Part shown: in pieces, positions 19,112 through 28,796 of the stretch
Layout of the letters: each line of letters opens with the position of its first letter
How positions within the stretch are numbered: the first letter of the stretch is position 1
Source: a virus
DNA length: 64,000 bases
IMG/VR virus record: IMGVR_UViG_3300009149_000020
Span: 1 to 64,000 of that record
Strand: one strand, 5' to 3'
Translations under genes and position numbers: made by a program
Notes under the pieces: model-generated
Seen by the model: only the letters and a program-made list of their open reading frames with translations
The model's database searches: none
Told to the model about the DNA's origin: nothing

Positions 19112-20154
19112 TGATTAAACTTAGTAATGGTAAAACGATAAAAATCGGAAGATTTAAAGAAGGTAAACATAACTCAATTATAGATGTCAAAGATGTACAA
19201 GTTGGCATGCACACAAACAATGAAAAAGGTAACATTAGTGGCATTACGATAATTGATTCTAAGGAAGATATGTGGTATAGTGCAGGCTGTGCTGTAATTA
19301 ATGGTATTGGAGAAATGACAGGTTTACATGAGCTGAAAGAAACAGGTTCCCTTTCTTCTCCTATTGTTCTTACTAATACTTTATCTGTAGGCATAGTATA
19401 TAATGAAATGTTTGATAATCTTTTAAGACAGGAAGACAGTATTGATGACTTTATTGACTCTAATGGATTGCCTATGCCTGTTGTAGCAGAAACCGATAAT
19501 TCTTATTTATCTTTAACTAAAGCTACTCCAGAGGATGTTCAAGCAGCTCTTGATAACTTAAGTGATAAACCTTTCCAGCAAGGCAGTGTAGGTTCTGGTA
19601 TTGGCATGATGTCTTTTGACTTTTCAGCAGGAATTGGTACATCTTCTAGAGTCCACAACAACTATGGAGCCCTAGGTGTACTTGTCCAAGCTAACTTTGG
19701 GCTTAGGCACAATCTTACTGTAGGAGGGAAAGTGCTTGGGCCGTTCTTAGGTAAAAAACCTAATAAAAGAAAGTCAGGTGGATCTATAATTGTTATTATT
19801 GCTGTCGAGCAATTTCTGCAGTCTTCTACCCTTAGTAGGATAGCTTCCAGGGCTGCTATGGGTATAGGAAGAGTTGGAGGATTTGCATCTACAGACAGTG
19901 GTGAGTTTTCTCTTGCTTTTACAACAAGCCAGGATGACAGATTTGGAAGAGATTGGGATGATGATGCACTTAATTGGTACTTTGAAGCAACAGTAGAATG
20001 TGTAGAGGAAGCTATACTACAATCAATGTTTAATGCTTCTGAGATTAAAGGGCGCAAGAAAAGGAAAGCACCGAAACTTAGTCATACAAAAGTGTCGTCT
20101 TTACTTGCACCCAACGTTAAGTATATTTATAGAGATACTAATGAATGTGATTGA
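19108..20154 (+). CDS. dmpA: DmpA/P1-family (S58) aminopeptidase
   Basis: NSIIDV.DV.VG, NG.GEMTG, PIVLTNTLSVG, QGSVGSG.GM, GIGTSSR, QANFG, G|SIIVII autoprocessing site, SGEF.LAF. Confidence 0.88.
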   Translation: MMIKLSNGKTIKIGRFKEGKHNSIIDVKDVQVGMHTNNEKGNISGITIIDSKEDMWYSAGCAVINGIGEMTGLHELKETGSLSSPIVLTNTLSVGIVYNEMFDNLLRQEDSIDDFIDSNGLPMPVVAETDNSYLSLTKATPEDVQAALDNLSDKPFQQGSVGSGIGMMSFDFSAGIGTSSRVHNNYGALGVLVQANFGLRHNLTVGGKVLGPFLGKKPNKRKSGGSIIVIIAVEQFLQSSTLSRIASRAAMGIGRVGGFASTDSGEFSLAFTTSQDDRFGRDWDDDALNWYFEATVECVEEAILQSMFNASEIKGRKKRKAPKLSHTKVSSLLAPNVKYIYRDTNECD

Positions 20155-20267
20155 ACTATTCTTTTGGGAACTGTTTGTATGGTTGCCTTATCCTACAGGT
20201 GAGTATGTTCTTATGAAGTACTACAAAGTTGAAGAAGTTTGTGTTAATTTTACTAATAGGAGGAAGC

Positions 20268-21254
20268 ATGAAAAAAGATCTCGCAAGGGAAATAGCGAAA
20301 CTTGTTGTAGCAGCAAAACCAGATACCCCTCCAAAGGTGAAGCACAAACCCAGTTTAGCGAATATTAATCTAGAGATAGTACATGGTCAGTTACAAAATG
20401 AGATAGTAATACACCTTGCTTTACAAGGAAAGTCAAGCCATGTTAAACAAATGATTAGGCAAAACCTTAATCTTGTTAAAGCAACGTCTACTTTCCTATC
20501 GTATGGCACAGATAGTGCTAAGGTTGTTGTAAGTACAGATTATGTTTCTCATTTTGAATGGCATAGCCCTGTAAAGCGAGGACCCTTAACTCTTTTTATA
20601 GCAGCGGTCGTAATAAACGATTTAGAGCTTACTGAATACATTTTAAAGAAGTTAAGACGCTGCGGGACTTCTTTTGGCTTTCAAACGGAACTGTCTATAG
20701 CACTCGCAGTTTCTGCAAGCGAAGGTTTTCATGACATATGTCTTTTTTTACTTAAGTATATGGAAGAGTGCACGAATTTTAGCCCTAAGCAAAAACCTTT
20801 GCAATACTCAAACGGGATTACTATCCTTACAGCTGCTTCAATGACTGTAGGATCAAAGAAAAATACAGTTTTGATTAAACCTCTCCTTGAAGCTGGAGCA
20901 GATATAAATCAGATTTTACATGGAGCATTAGTGGAAGCAAAAAAGGAGCTTAATCACCGTAATAACAAAGAGAAGAATGTATCCTATAGAGATTTTATTA
21001 AGCAACTTTTTGAGTATGAAGGAAGCAGCATTGCTATAGCGAGACAGCAGGTTCTCACTAATGAGGACGTTATGAATGTTATGCAAAGATGCAAATTTTC
21101 TACTGCTCAGCTAGGTATAATGCTTTTTAAAATTAAGGATAAAAGAACCAGGTATTTTTTTGAGCAGCTACTTTTAGCAAGAAAAAAGGAGGAAAAGGCT
21201 AAAGGTAAAGCTGAAAAAAGAGAGTATACAAATAATCATGTTATAAGGAGATAG
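20268..21254 (+). CDS. degenerate ankyrin-repeat protein with shared C-terminal motif
   Basis: LLEAGADIN; FSTAQLGIMLFKIKDKRTRYFF; start at ATG after AGGAGG. Confidence 0.75.
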   Translation: MKKDLAREIAKLVVAAKPDTPPKVKHKPSLANINLEIVHGQLQNEIVIHLALQGKSSHVKQMIRQNLNLVKATSTFLSYGTDSAKVVVSTDYVSHFEWHSPVKRGPLTLFIAAVVINDLELTEYILKKLRRCGTSFGFQTELSIALAVSASEGFHDICLFLLKYMEECTNFSPKQKPLQYSNGITILTAASMTVGSKKNTVLIKPLLEAGADINQILHGALVEAKKELNHRNNKEKNVSYRDFIKQLFEYEGSSIAIARQQVLTNEDVMNVMQRCKFSTAQLGIMLFKIKDKRTRYFFEQLLLARKKEEKAKGKAEKREYTNNHVIRR

Positions 21255-21255
21255 T

Positions 21256-22758
21256 ATGCCGTTAATAAATAATAAACATTTTGTTACTGTTAAAGAAGCT
21301 ACTGCACTAGGGAAGTGGAAAAGCAGTTATTCTATTTATAGACTTATTAGATTAGGCAAAGTTGATAGTATACGTATTGAGTCTAAGTTATTTATAGAAA
21401 AGGACTCTCTTTTAGATTATCTGGATACGGGGATTGCTTTTGTTTATAAAGGCTTTGATAAAAGTGGTGAAAGAACTTCAGTTTTATCAGAAAAGGCACT
21501 TGCAACTATTGAAGCTAAAAGCAAACAGCAAAAAGAACGGGTTAACAAAGTCAAAAAGAATATGGCACTTTCAGGTTATGTCATGAGTAGTGACCTTAGA
21601 GAGAAATACAAGATAAGTAAATCACGTTTTAGTAGATTAATCAAGTTATATAATATAAAGGCAATGTGTTCTTCTTTAGGCAGTAGATTTCCTTTTTATA
21701 AACAAGAGGATATAAGAAACATGGTAGAAACAGAAGAACACCTTAAAGGAGACACTATGCAAACTGTAGATGCTTTTGTAGAAGAAACTTGTCTCCCTGA
21801 AGAGGATACTGTTGCTAAAAATATAGTAAAGTTTGACGGCAGTAATACTGAATGGGTGCCTTTAAGCACTGTTGCAAAAAAACTAAAGTTGACAAACGGT
21901 CAGATTAGTCGAGTAGCAAAAAAGAAGTTACACCTAGACTTAACTAGAAAATATCCTGAAGGTGACACAGATGTAAGACAAAAAGCGAAAAAAGTAAAAC
22001 ATGTACGTAATAAAGACATAGGAAAGTTGCTTGACTACTTTAAGGAAGACTCGACAGCTGAAGGAAGAGCAGCTATAGAAGAGTTAGTAGTAGTAAGAGA
22101 AAAAGGTTATGTAACTGTAAGTGAAGCCTCCACACTTACAGGTTGTCCTAAAACAAAAATCTATGATATGAAAAATAGAAAAGTTATAGATGCAATATCG
22201 ACTGCTATTGGATGGTTTGTGCATTTGGAAGAAGTACAACAGCAGTTTGATGCAGCGAATAAAGTTGAAGTACCTATTGTAAATGAAGAGACTATACCTA
22301 AGGAGGTTACAGTTGAAAATCATGAAATTGAAGAGGACTCTAGACAAGTTCAGGAACCTCCTAAAACTCAAAGAAAATCTTTTGAGCAACTCAAGCAGGA
22401 CCTCCCCCTTGCCGCCTCTTCTAGTAACACCTCCAAAACAGAAGGAACATTAAAAGTACAGTTACTTGGATCACTTGTTACTATTAAGAAAGGCTATTAT
22501 GATGATCCAGCTGATTGCCACAAAGGTATATCTGATGTAGGTAAAAAAGAAATTAAAATAAATTGTAAAGACAAAACCATTATGTTTGACGTTGCTCTTG
22601 CGGAACTTACTAGGCAATTTTGCTGGTTGTCGGGTTATAGAAGCCATCAGATGTTGAAAAGAAATGATATTTGTCATTTAACTTCTGCATTTGTTACAGC
22701 TTTATTGAGAGAGAATGGTGATGATATCCTCTCAACGCTTAGAGCGTGGTGTAGTTAA
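21256..22758 (+). CDS. multi-HTH (excisionase/MerR-like) DNA-binding protein with degenerate zincin-like C-terminus
   Basis: FVTVKEA..IYRLIRLGKV, YVTVSEA..IYDM and two further HTH-like units; C-terminal GISD..KKEIKIN..ALAELTR. Confidence 0.65.
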   Translation: MPLINNKHFVTVKEATALGKWKSSYSIYRLIRLGKVDSIRIESKLFIEKDSLLDYLDTGIAFVYKGFDKSGERTSVLSEKALATIEAKSKQQKERVNKVKKNMALSGYVMSSDLREKYKISKSRFSRLIKLYNIKAMCSSLGSRFPFYKQEDIRNMVETEEHLKGDTMQTVDAFVEETCLPEEDTVAKNIVKFDGSNTEWVPLSTVAKKLKLTNGQISRVAKKKLHLDLTRKYPEGDTDVRQKAKKVKHVRNKDIGKLLDYFKEDSTAEGRAAIEELVVVREKGYVTVSEASTLTGCPKTKIYDMKNRKVIDAISTAIGWFVHLEEVQQQFDAANKVEVPIVNEETIPKEVTVENHEIEEDSRQVQEPPKTQRKSFEQLKQDLPLAASSSNTSKTEGTLKVQLLGSLVTIKKGYYDDPADCHKGISDVGKKEIKINCKDKTIMFDVALAELTRQFCWLSGYRSHQMLKRNDICHLTSAFVTALLRENGDDILSTLRAWCS

Positions 22759-22788
22759 CACTAAGTTTTTATTTGCTACGTTTTTGTG

Positions 22789-22834
22789 TGAACCTTGTGG
22801 AAAGACTAAGAAATCTTCACAAGGTTTATTTTTT
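22789..22834 (+). terminator. intrinsic terminator-like hairpin
   Basis: AACCTTGTG...CACAAGGTT stem followed by a T-rich tract. Confidence 0.7.
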
Positions 22835-22852
22835 ATTATTGGAGGTGTTCAA

Positions 22853-23101
22853 GTGGAACATAATGTAAAAGATGATGTATGTGACCAGCTTTGTGAACAG
22901 GTGGTAGAACTACTTAGCTTGAGCACTAAAGTAATCGAACTACATCAAAGGTATGATACTTCAAGAGAATTGCGTGATGACCAATCTCGCAAGTTACACA
23001 AGGACCTAAGCGGTTATATTGGACTATTTATTTGTATAGTTTCAGTAACCGCAATATATATAGCCTCTCTTGTATGGAGAGTGAGGAGGTATAATGGATA
23101 G
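22853..23101 (+). CDS. small protein with C-terminal transmembrane helix
   Basis: GTG after GGAGG; YIGLFICIVSVTAIYIASLVW. Confidence 0.6.
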   Translation: MEHNVKDDVCDQLCEQVVELLSLSTKVIELHQRYDTSRELRDDQSRKLHKDLSGYIGLFICIVSVTAIYIASLVWRVRRYNG

Positions 23102-23345
23102 AAAACTGTTATGGTTTTATCATATTTCATCTCGAAAAAATTGGGGAAGGCTTGAATTAAAACAGGGAAATCTTATTATGTTTTATATTGAAAGAGTACC
23201 ATCAAACGACAACAAACACTTCAGATTAGTACATGAGCTAGATTGTCTTAAAAGAGGAGAAGTTTTCCATAAAACTGTTGAAGAGGCTAAAGAAGAAGCA
23301 CAAAGAATTTGTGACGTTTTTATAACAGAAATGAAGGAGGAATAA
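23094..23345 (+). CDS. hypothetical protein
   Basis: GAGGAGG RBS; TVEEAKEEAQR. Confidence 0.65.
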   Translation: MDRKLLWFYHISSRKNWGRLELKQGNLIMFYIERVPSNDNKHFRLVHELDCLKRGEVFHKTVEEAKEEAQRICDVFITEMKEE

Positions 23346-24287
23346 ATGAAAAGACTACTTAGGATTCCTTCAGCTAAGGCAGTACATGAAACAGATAGGT
23401 TACAGTTTTATAGAGAAACTAACTGGTCAGGTTTATCGTGGCTTTCAGATACTTCTGAAATAGTACTAAAAGAAGGCATAGAATCAGTTAAATTTAAAAA
23501 AGCACCTAACAGAAAAGGAGTAGAGATAACTACTCATGTAGTAGACATGTTATTTAAGGATGATTATTCTTACTATGGTGACGCAACTATTTATAGTAAT
23601 TTATTAGTACCTTTAATAAATAACCCCTCTGCTACATATGATGTAATAGGGCAGCCTTTTCTTGAAAATGTTGCTTCTAGGATGTCTTTAGCAAGTCTTC
23701 AAGCTATAGCTACTCTTACCTTTACAAGAAAAGCTGAACTAGAGGCATTCTTTGGACAAGCAGTGAAGGATAGAGAGTATGAGAGAGAAGTTAACAAATG
23801 TATCTGTTTAAGAACGGACCCTGAGTTATATGCTAAGCTTGTTGAAATGGGAGTATTTTTTGAGATTAACCTGGCGATAATAAAACACCATTATACAAGT
23901 AGAGAGTATGTAGTAGTTGCAGCTGAATTACTCAAAGCATTGGTTCCAGAGAAGTATGCAGAATTTTCTAAAATAATATTTAGTGAAATAGTAAAAACTG
24001 TAGACGAAGAATGTATAGAAAGGCTACAACAGCCGCCTTCTCCTTGGAGGTATAAAGAGGATATTCGAGCTGATTCCAAAGCTACAAAGGAAGGATGGAT
24101 GGCTGTTAATAAACACGGCGAGGTCAGTAGTCTGGCTAGTGAGGGACTTAAGAATGTGAGAAGTGCTGTTCGAAGTACAGATGAAGTTTTGCCTAATTGT
24201 TATGGAGAAGCTTTTTCTCCTAAAAACAAGCAATGTAAACAGTGTGTAATGAGGAATGATTGTCGTACTAAATTTTTGGAGTTTTAA
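23346..24287 (+). CDS. mosaic protein: WxD-repeat cap plus C-terminal Cys4 motif shared with the SSB
   Basis: DRLQFYRETNWSGLSWLSD; PNCYGEAFSPKNKQCKQC..DCRTKFL. Confidence 0.75.
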   Translation: MKRLLRIPSAKAVHETDRLQFYRETNWSGLSWLSDTSEIVLKEGIESVKFKKAPNRKGVEITTHVVDMLFKDDYSYYGDATIYSNLLVPLINNPSATYDVIGQPFLENVASRMSLASLQAIATLTFTRKAELEAFFGQAVKDREYEREVNKCICLRTDPELYAKLVEMGVFFEINLAIIKHHYTSREYVVVAAELLKALVPEKYAEFSKIIFSEIVKTVDEECIERLQQPPSPWRYKEDIRADSKATKEGWMAVNKHGEVSSLASEGLKNVRSAVRSTDEVLPNCYGEAFSPKNKQCKQCVMRNDCRTKFLEF

Positions 24288-25009
24288 TGAAAAAAAAGCA
24301 AACAAACTCGACGAGCCTTTCACGAGCTAAGTTACAATTTATTGTTGATAGTTTTGTTATGAATCCTAAATTCATTCTTCAGTTTCTTTATCATTCTATC
24401 GACATTCAAGCACATGACAGTTTTGATTATGTTTATAGCAGAATAAAAACAGACCCTGAGTTGGAAACGTCGAAGGACTCAATAGACTGGGCGTTATGTA
24501 TTAAGATAGCCTGTGCTAGAAACGACGACAAGCTTATTAAAATTATGTTAACGCATGCAGAGAAATTACTCAATTCAGTTGATTTAAAAGCAGCACTTAA
24601 TCCTTGTTTAGCCTCTTGCGCTTGCAACAACAATCTTAAGATGTATAAGCTTTTAGTTAAAGCAGGCGCAGACATTTCTTACAACCCAGCCTGGTTATTT
24701 AGGACATTGACTGCAACAGACAATCTTGAGTTCATGAAATACTTAGTGGAGACGCTTAAGTATTCCTTATCGGAGGGAGGGAATGCACTAGGAATAGCTA
24801 TAGAGTCTGAAGCATACGAATGTGCAAAATACTTGTTTATTGAAAAGCACTCATACCTTCCTACACCTTTTCCTCATGATTTCTTAGACATAGTAGGAGA
24901 TGCAACTCTAAAGCATATGTTGTTTAAAAAGACATTGCCCGAACAATACAAAGAATTAATTGGCGAAAGATTTAGTGAGAACAAGAAACAGAGAGGAGGA
25001 GTAAAATGA
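24287..25009 (+). CDS. ankyrin-repeat protein with shared C-terminal motif
   Basis: LLVKAGADIS, NALGIAI; DATLKHMLFKKTLPEQYKELI. Confidence 0.78.
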   Translation: MKKKQTNSTSLSRAKLQFIVDSFVMNPKFILQFLYHSIDIQAHDSFDYVYSRIKTDPELETSKDSIDWALCIKIACARNDDKLIKIMLTHAEKLLNSVDLKAALNPCLASCACNNNLKMYKLLVKAGADISYNPAWLFRTLTATDNLEFMKYLVETLKYSLSEGGNALGIAIESEAYECAKYLFIEKHSYLPTPFPHDFLDIVGDATLKHMLFKKTLPEQYKELIGERFSENKKQRGGVK

Positions 25010-25881
25010 GTCATTTCTTACTTTATGTTATCGGTGATAATCCAGGAGAGCAGTTAGAGCCATTTTATGAGTGTAGCGAAGATAACCGCTATAGGGAATT
25101 TGTGAGTACGGAGGAAGAATATAGAGAGGAGTGGGAGAAAGATAAGGATAAGTCTGTTGCGGATTATGCGTCATTTGAAGAATACATGGAAGGTATAGGT
25201 TACGATAAAGATGAAGCTACAGGACAGTATGGTTATTGGACTAATCCTAATGGTAAGTGGGATTGGTATTCAGTAGGAGGACGCTGGACAGGCTTTTTCA
25301 GATTAAAACCTGATTGTGATCCTGAAAACATTATGTTAGGACAAAGCGGCGCTTTCAGAAATACACCAGAACAGTCGGGCGAAGGTTTGCGCTCTGATCA
25401 AGCACGAAAAGAGGCAATAGACATTGAGGGTATGCGAGAGGAATGCAGAAAAGTGGCAATTGAGAAATATGATAAATTTGAGAAGATTGTTGAAGGTATT
25501 GACCCTCCTACAAAAACATGGGAGCAGACAATAGACGAATTTGGTGAAGATAACATTAACCAAGCACAAAAAGCATATAACCAACATCCGTGGATACTGG
25601 CTTTTCGTACTTCGGAAATGCGCAGTATTTGGGGAGATCCCGTTGAAAAGTTTTTTGTGTATAATGGAGGAAGAGCAGCTTATGTACAGCATGCAGTAAA
25701 TCAAGCATTTGCGCCTTTTGCTATTTTAAAAGATGGTCAATGGTATGAGAAAGGCAAAATGTGCTCGTTTGGTATGGTAGCCGATGAAAAAGAAGCGGAA
25801 GAGTGGGAAAGTCAAGTTAATACGTTAATTGATGGATTACCTGGTGATACTTTAATTACAGTTGTTGACTGTCACAGTTAA
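25006..25881 (+). CDS. conserved phage hypothetical protein (NPNxKWDWYxxGGRW...VDCH type)
   Basis: MSHF N-terminus, NPNGKWDWYSVGGRW, DGQWYEKG, C-terminal TVVDCHS. Confidence 0.8.
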   Translation: MSHFLLYVIGDNPGEQLEPFYECSEDNRYREFVSTEEEYREEWEKDKDKSVADYASFEEYMEGIGYDKDEATGQYGYWTNPNGKWDWYSVGGRWTGFFRLKPDCDPENIMLGQSGAFRNTPEQSGEGLRSDQARKEAIDIEGMREECRKVAIEKYDKFEKIVEGIDPPTKTWEQTIDEFGEDNINQAQKAYNQHPWILAFRTSEMRSIWGDPVEKFFVYNGGRAAYVQHAVNQAFAPFAILKDGQWYEKGKMCSFGMVADEKEAEEWESQVNTLIDGLPGDTLITVVDCHS

Positions 25882-25898
25882 GGAAAAAGGAAAGAACA

Positions 25899-26438
25899 AT
25901 GAACACACTTGATAATCAATTAATTGATGCTGCCAAAGCAGGAAATGTAAAGCTCACTAAATTCCTTTTAATGTCAGGTGCGGCGCCTAATGCCTGCGAT
26001 CTTAATGGAGTAACGGCACTAATGCGTACTTGTCATAACCCTATAAGTCTTTTACAGAACAGTGCGATAGAAATAGCTGAATTACTTCTTGAAGCAGGTG
26101 CGAATCCAAATATCAACGATACCTTAGGAGGTACCCCTCTTGCTTATTCTATAAGGAATCGATATGACACTAGTCAAGTTTTGATATCTTTGCTCATCGA
26201 AGCGGGCGCAGACGTTAATCAGGCACAGGAAGGAGGATACCCTGCTTTGCTTCTTTTAGGTTATCATCCTAACTACTCTAAAGCGGAGATGTTAGTGAAT
26301 GCAGGTGCTGATGTAAACGCTGTAGTTAATGGCATACGCTTATTACAAAGATTACTGTCATTACATTTTCTTTATGGGAGTTCTACAATAGATCGTATTA
26401 TACAATTACTTGTAGCTAATGGTGCTACGCTAACTTAA
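25899..26438 (+). CDS. ankyrin-repeat protein (short KFxxMxG family)
   Basis: KFLLMSGAAPN, GVTALM, GGTPL, GADVN. Confidence 0.9.
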   Translation: MNTLDNQLIDAAKAGNVKLTKFLLMSGAAPNACDLNGVTALMRTCHNPISLLQNSAIEIAELLLEAGANPNINDTLGGTPLAYSIRNRYDTSQVLISLLIEAGADVNQAQEGGYPALLLLGYHPNYSKAEMLVNAGADVNAVVNGIRLLQRLLSLHFLYGSSTIDRIIQLLVANGATLT

Positions 26439-26450
26439 GGAGGATTTACA

Positions 26451-26753
26451 ATGGCGGTTACTATTACAAAGATTAGCCCTAAGTGGTGCTTTTTTGGATT
26501 TGAGCTTACCTTCGACGTGAAAGGAATGCATATTATGCAGCTTATACTCCATGGCTGTATTCAACTAGGACTCTACGTTGGTCAATGGTTTTGTCTAATC
26601 ATGTCTGTTAATTATCTTATGAAAGAAGGCTTTCCTCTTAAGGAAGATTTGTACACAGTCCTGGCTTTGTATATAATTTTTTGGTTTATTGTTATTATGC
26701 CTGTTTCTTGTCTCACTAAGCAGCTGAAAGAGTTGAGGAGGAAAGATGCCTGA
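26451..26753 (+). CDS. membrane protein
   Basis: Two hydrophobic segments; AAGGAGG RBS. Confidence 0.65.
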   Translation: MAVTITKISPKWCFFGFELTFDVKGMHIMQLILHGCIQLGLYVGQWFCLIMSVNYLMKEGFPLKEDLYTVLALYIIFWFIVIMPVSCLTKQLKELRRKDA

Positions 26754-27975
26754 GTATGACGTAAGTATTCATTTTGATGGACAATTTACTATAAAAATTA
26801 CAGCGGATTGTGCGCGTGACGCATTAGTTAAAGTTCAACAATTAGACAAAACTTTATTGACTAGTAAGGAAGTTATAAAAGAGCATTTAGTGATTGACGA
26901 GGTTGATGCATATCTAAGTACTGCTAGCTTACAAAATACCGTACGTACTGAGATAAATCAATTAGAAAACTTAGTTAGGAACCCTGATGTTTCGGTACAG
27001 ACTATCTTGGACTTTATGGCAGAAAGAAAGATTCTACTATCAGAAACAGATTTCCGCTGTAACAACCGTTGGAGTTGTACATTTGAAAACTTAGTTGCTT
27101 GGCACGGTCGACTAGATATTATTAAGTATTTGAAGGAGCACAACCTCCGCCCCAACTTAGCCTATTTCGAAGCATGGAAAGGATGTGTATACAATAACAA
27201 TCTTTCTTTCTTAAAAGAGTTACTAGCACTTGATGATTTTCGTGATAAATGGGAGAAGATTAAAGAAGATACAGCTGAGGGGGTATATCGTGCGTTAGTG
27301 GCTAGGTTTTCTTTTGACATGCTAACCAATGATACTGTAAGAAAGAAAGGATGGTTTGAAATCTTTAAAGTAGTATACGAGTTTGGCGAAAAGTTTGTTG
27401 CAGAGAATCAAAGGAAAAATTTCGCCACACTCGTATTGGAGCAGGTATGTCACGGTGCTTCAAGATTCAATAATGCTGTATATTTACCTACTCTCGACTA
27501 CTTACTACAGAAAAAGAATGCTTCTTGTAAAAGACAAACTATAATTACAAAAGTATTATTTAGCGAAGATAAAGAGCTCATCAACTACTTCTTTGATAGA
27601 GGTGCTACGGATTGTGTTTACAGCAGAGGTGCGGTTCATATAAATTCAGATGATACTACTGGTATCTTAGACTATATGATAAGTTTCGTTGACATGAAAG
27701 CATTTAAGGAATTCTTTAAAGATGTTGATAAAGAGAAACTGTCGTCCTTAGTCAAACAGAATACGATCAAGAAGTGCATCACATGTTGTAAAGATGAGCA
27801 GTTACGCTACTTTATGCATTGGGCGGGCTATTCACCTTCAGCACAAAAAACGATTCTTTCCTCCTGCTTACTTGATAAACAGCTCGCTACTTGTAAAGAT
27901 TATATAGTTAAGGTACTTATTCCTAGTATAGGTACAATACCTATTGAGGAGGTAATAAATGGCAAAGAAAAGTAA
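26746..27975 (+). CDS. degenerate ankyrin-like protein with shared C-terminal motif
   Basis: AWHGRLDIIKYLKE; AQKTILSSCLLDKQLATCKDYI. Confidence 0.7.
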   Translation: MPEYDVSIHFDGQFTIKITADCARDALVKVQQLDKTLLTSKEVIKEHLVIDEVDAYLSTASLQNTVRTEINQLENLVRNPDVSVQTILDFMAERKILLSETDFRCNNRWSCTFENLVAWHGRLDIIKYLKEHNLRPNLAYFEAWKGCVYNNNLSFLKELLALDDFRDKWEKIKEDTAEGVYRALVARFSFDMLTNDTVRKKGWFEIFKVVYEFGEKFVAENQRKNFATLVLEQVCHGASRFNNAVYLPTLDYLLQKKNASCKRQTIITKVLFSEDKELINYFFDRGATDCVYSRGAVHINSDDTTGILDYMISFVDMKAFKEFFKDVDKEKLSSLVKQNTIKKCITCCKDEQLRYFMHWAGYSPSAQKTILSSCLLDKQLATCKDYIVKVLIPSIGTIPIEEVINGKEK

Positions 27976-28471
27976 GAAAGATAAAAAGCAAGAAGCGTTA
28001 GTTGACAAAATGATGGATGCTATTGACAAAAAGTATAATCAAGCATTTTTTAGTATAGTCAAGGATCTATACAAATCCTATAGGGATATTGACCCCATTC
28101 CCGGCACAGAGGGAACAGTAGCTATTTTAATTGCTGACATAAACAGATGGTTTGAGGAAGCGTTTGATATGGAGTATCACAAAAAGAATAAGAAACCTCG
28201 TGATGACATGCAAAAGAAAATTGAAGCTTTAAAGACTGTTGAAGGCATCATCGAGTTTTTTGAAACAGAGCACGAGCTTTCTGCAAAGAAGATTTTAGAC
28301 TGGATAGAGGATTTGTTATATCCAAATGCTTGTAAAGCTTTAATGCTTGCTAGTCCAGCTAATCTTCCTCATGAGCAATTTTATACACTGTACGCTCTTA
28401 AAGAAGAAGAGCTCATAGGAGAAGAAACATACAATAAATTTAAGAAAGCAATTAACGCCCGCTTTATGTAG
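27959..28471 (+). CDS. hypothetical protein
   Basis: GAGGAGG RBS. Confidence 0.7.
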   Translation: MAKKSKKDKKQEALVDKMMDAIDKKYNQAFFSIVKDLYKSYRDIDPIPGTEGTVAILIADINRWFEEAFDMEYHKKNKKPRDDMQKKIEALKTVEGIIEFFETEHELSAKKILDWIEDLLYPNACKALMLASPANLPHEQFYTLYALKEEELIGEETYNKFKKAINARFM

Positions 28472-28481
28472 GAGGTATGAA

Positions 28482-28790
28482 ATGAAAGCATACATACTTA
28501 TTAAAGATGCTGTGCCTCTTGGGAAAGCTATTACAGCTGCAGCTCATGCGTCATTAGCAATGTATTTGAAGTTTCAGAATACATCAGAAGTGAAACAATG
28601 GCTTGATCCTGGTCCATTCAAGAAAGTTATCTGTAAAGTAGATGCTGCTAAGTTTGAAGAGATGAAGGGTTCATTTATACCACATGTAATACTAACTGAG
28701 TCTTCGATGGATAATCAGGAAGTTGCTATTGCTTATTTGCCGCAAATTGACTATCCTAAGATATTCAAATTTTTACCACTTTACAAGTAA
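28482..28790 (+). CDS. Pth2-family peptidyl-tRNA hydrolase-like protein
   Basis: GKAITAAAHAS, W...FKKVICKV, C-terminal FKFLPLY; lacks the canonical DAG motif. Confidence 0.75.
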   Translation: MKAYILIKDAVPLGKAITAAAHASLAMYLKFQNTSEVKQWLDPGPFKKVICKVDAAKFEEMKGSFIPHVILTESSMDNQEVAIAYLPQIDYPKIFKFLPLYK

Positions 28791-28796
28791 GGAGGA

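Noticed and set aside
20033-20368. 111-aa ORF bridging dmpA and the next gene
   Set aside because: It overlaps both neighbours extensively and has no clear RBS or motif.
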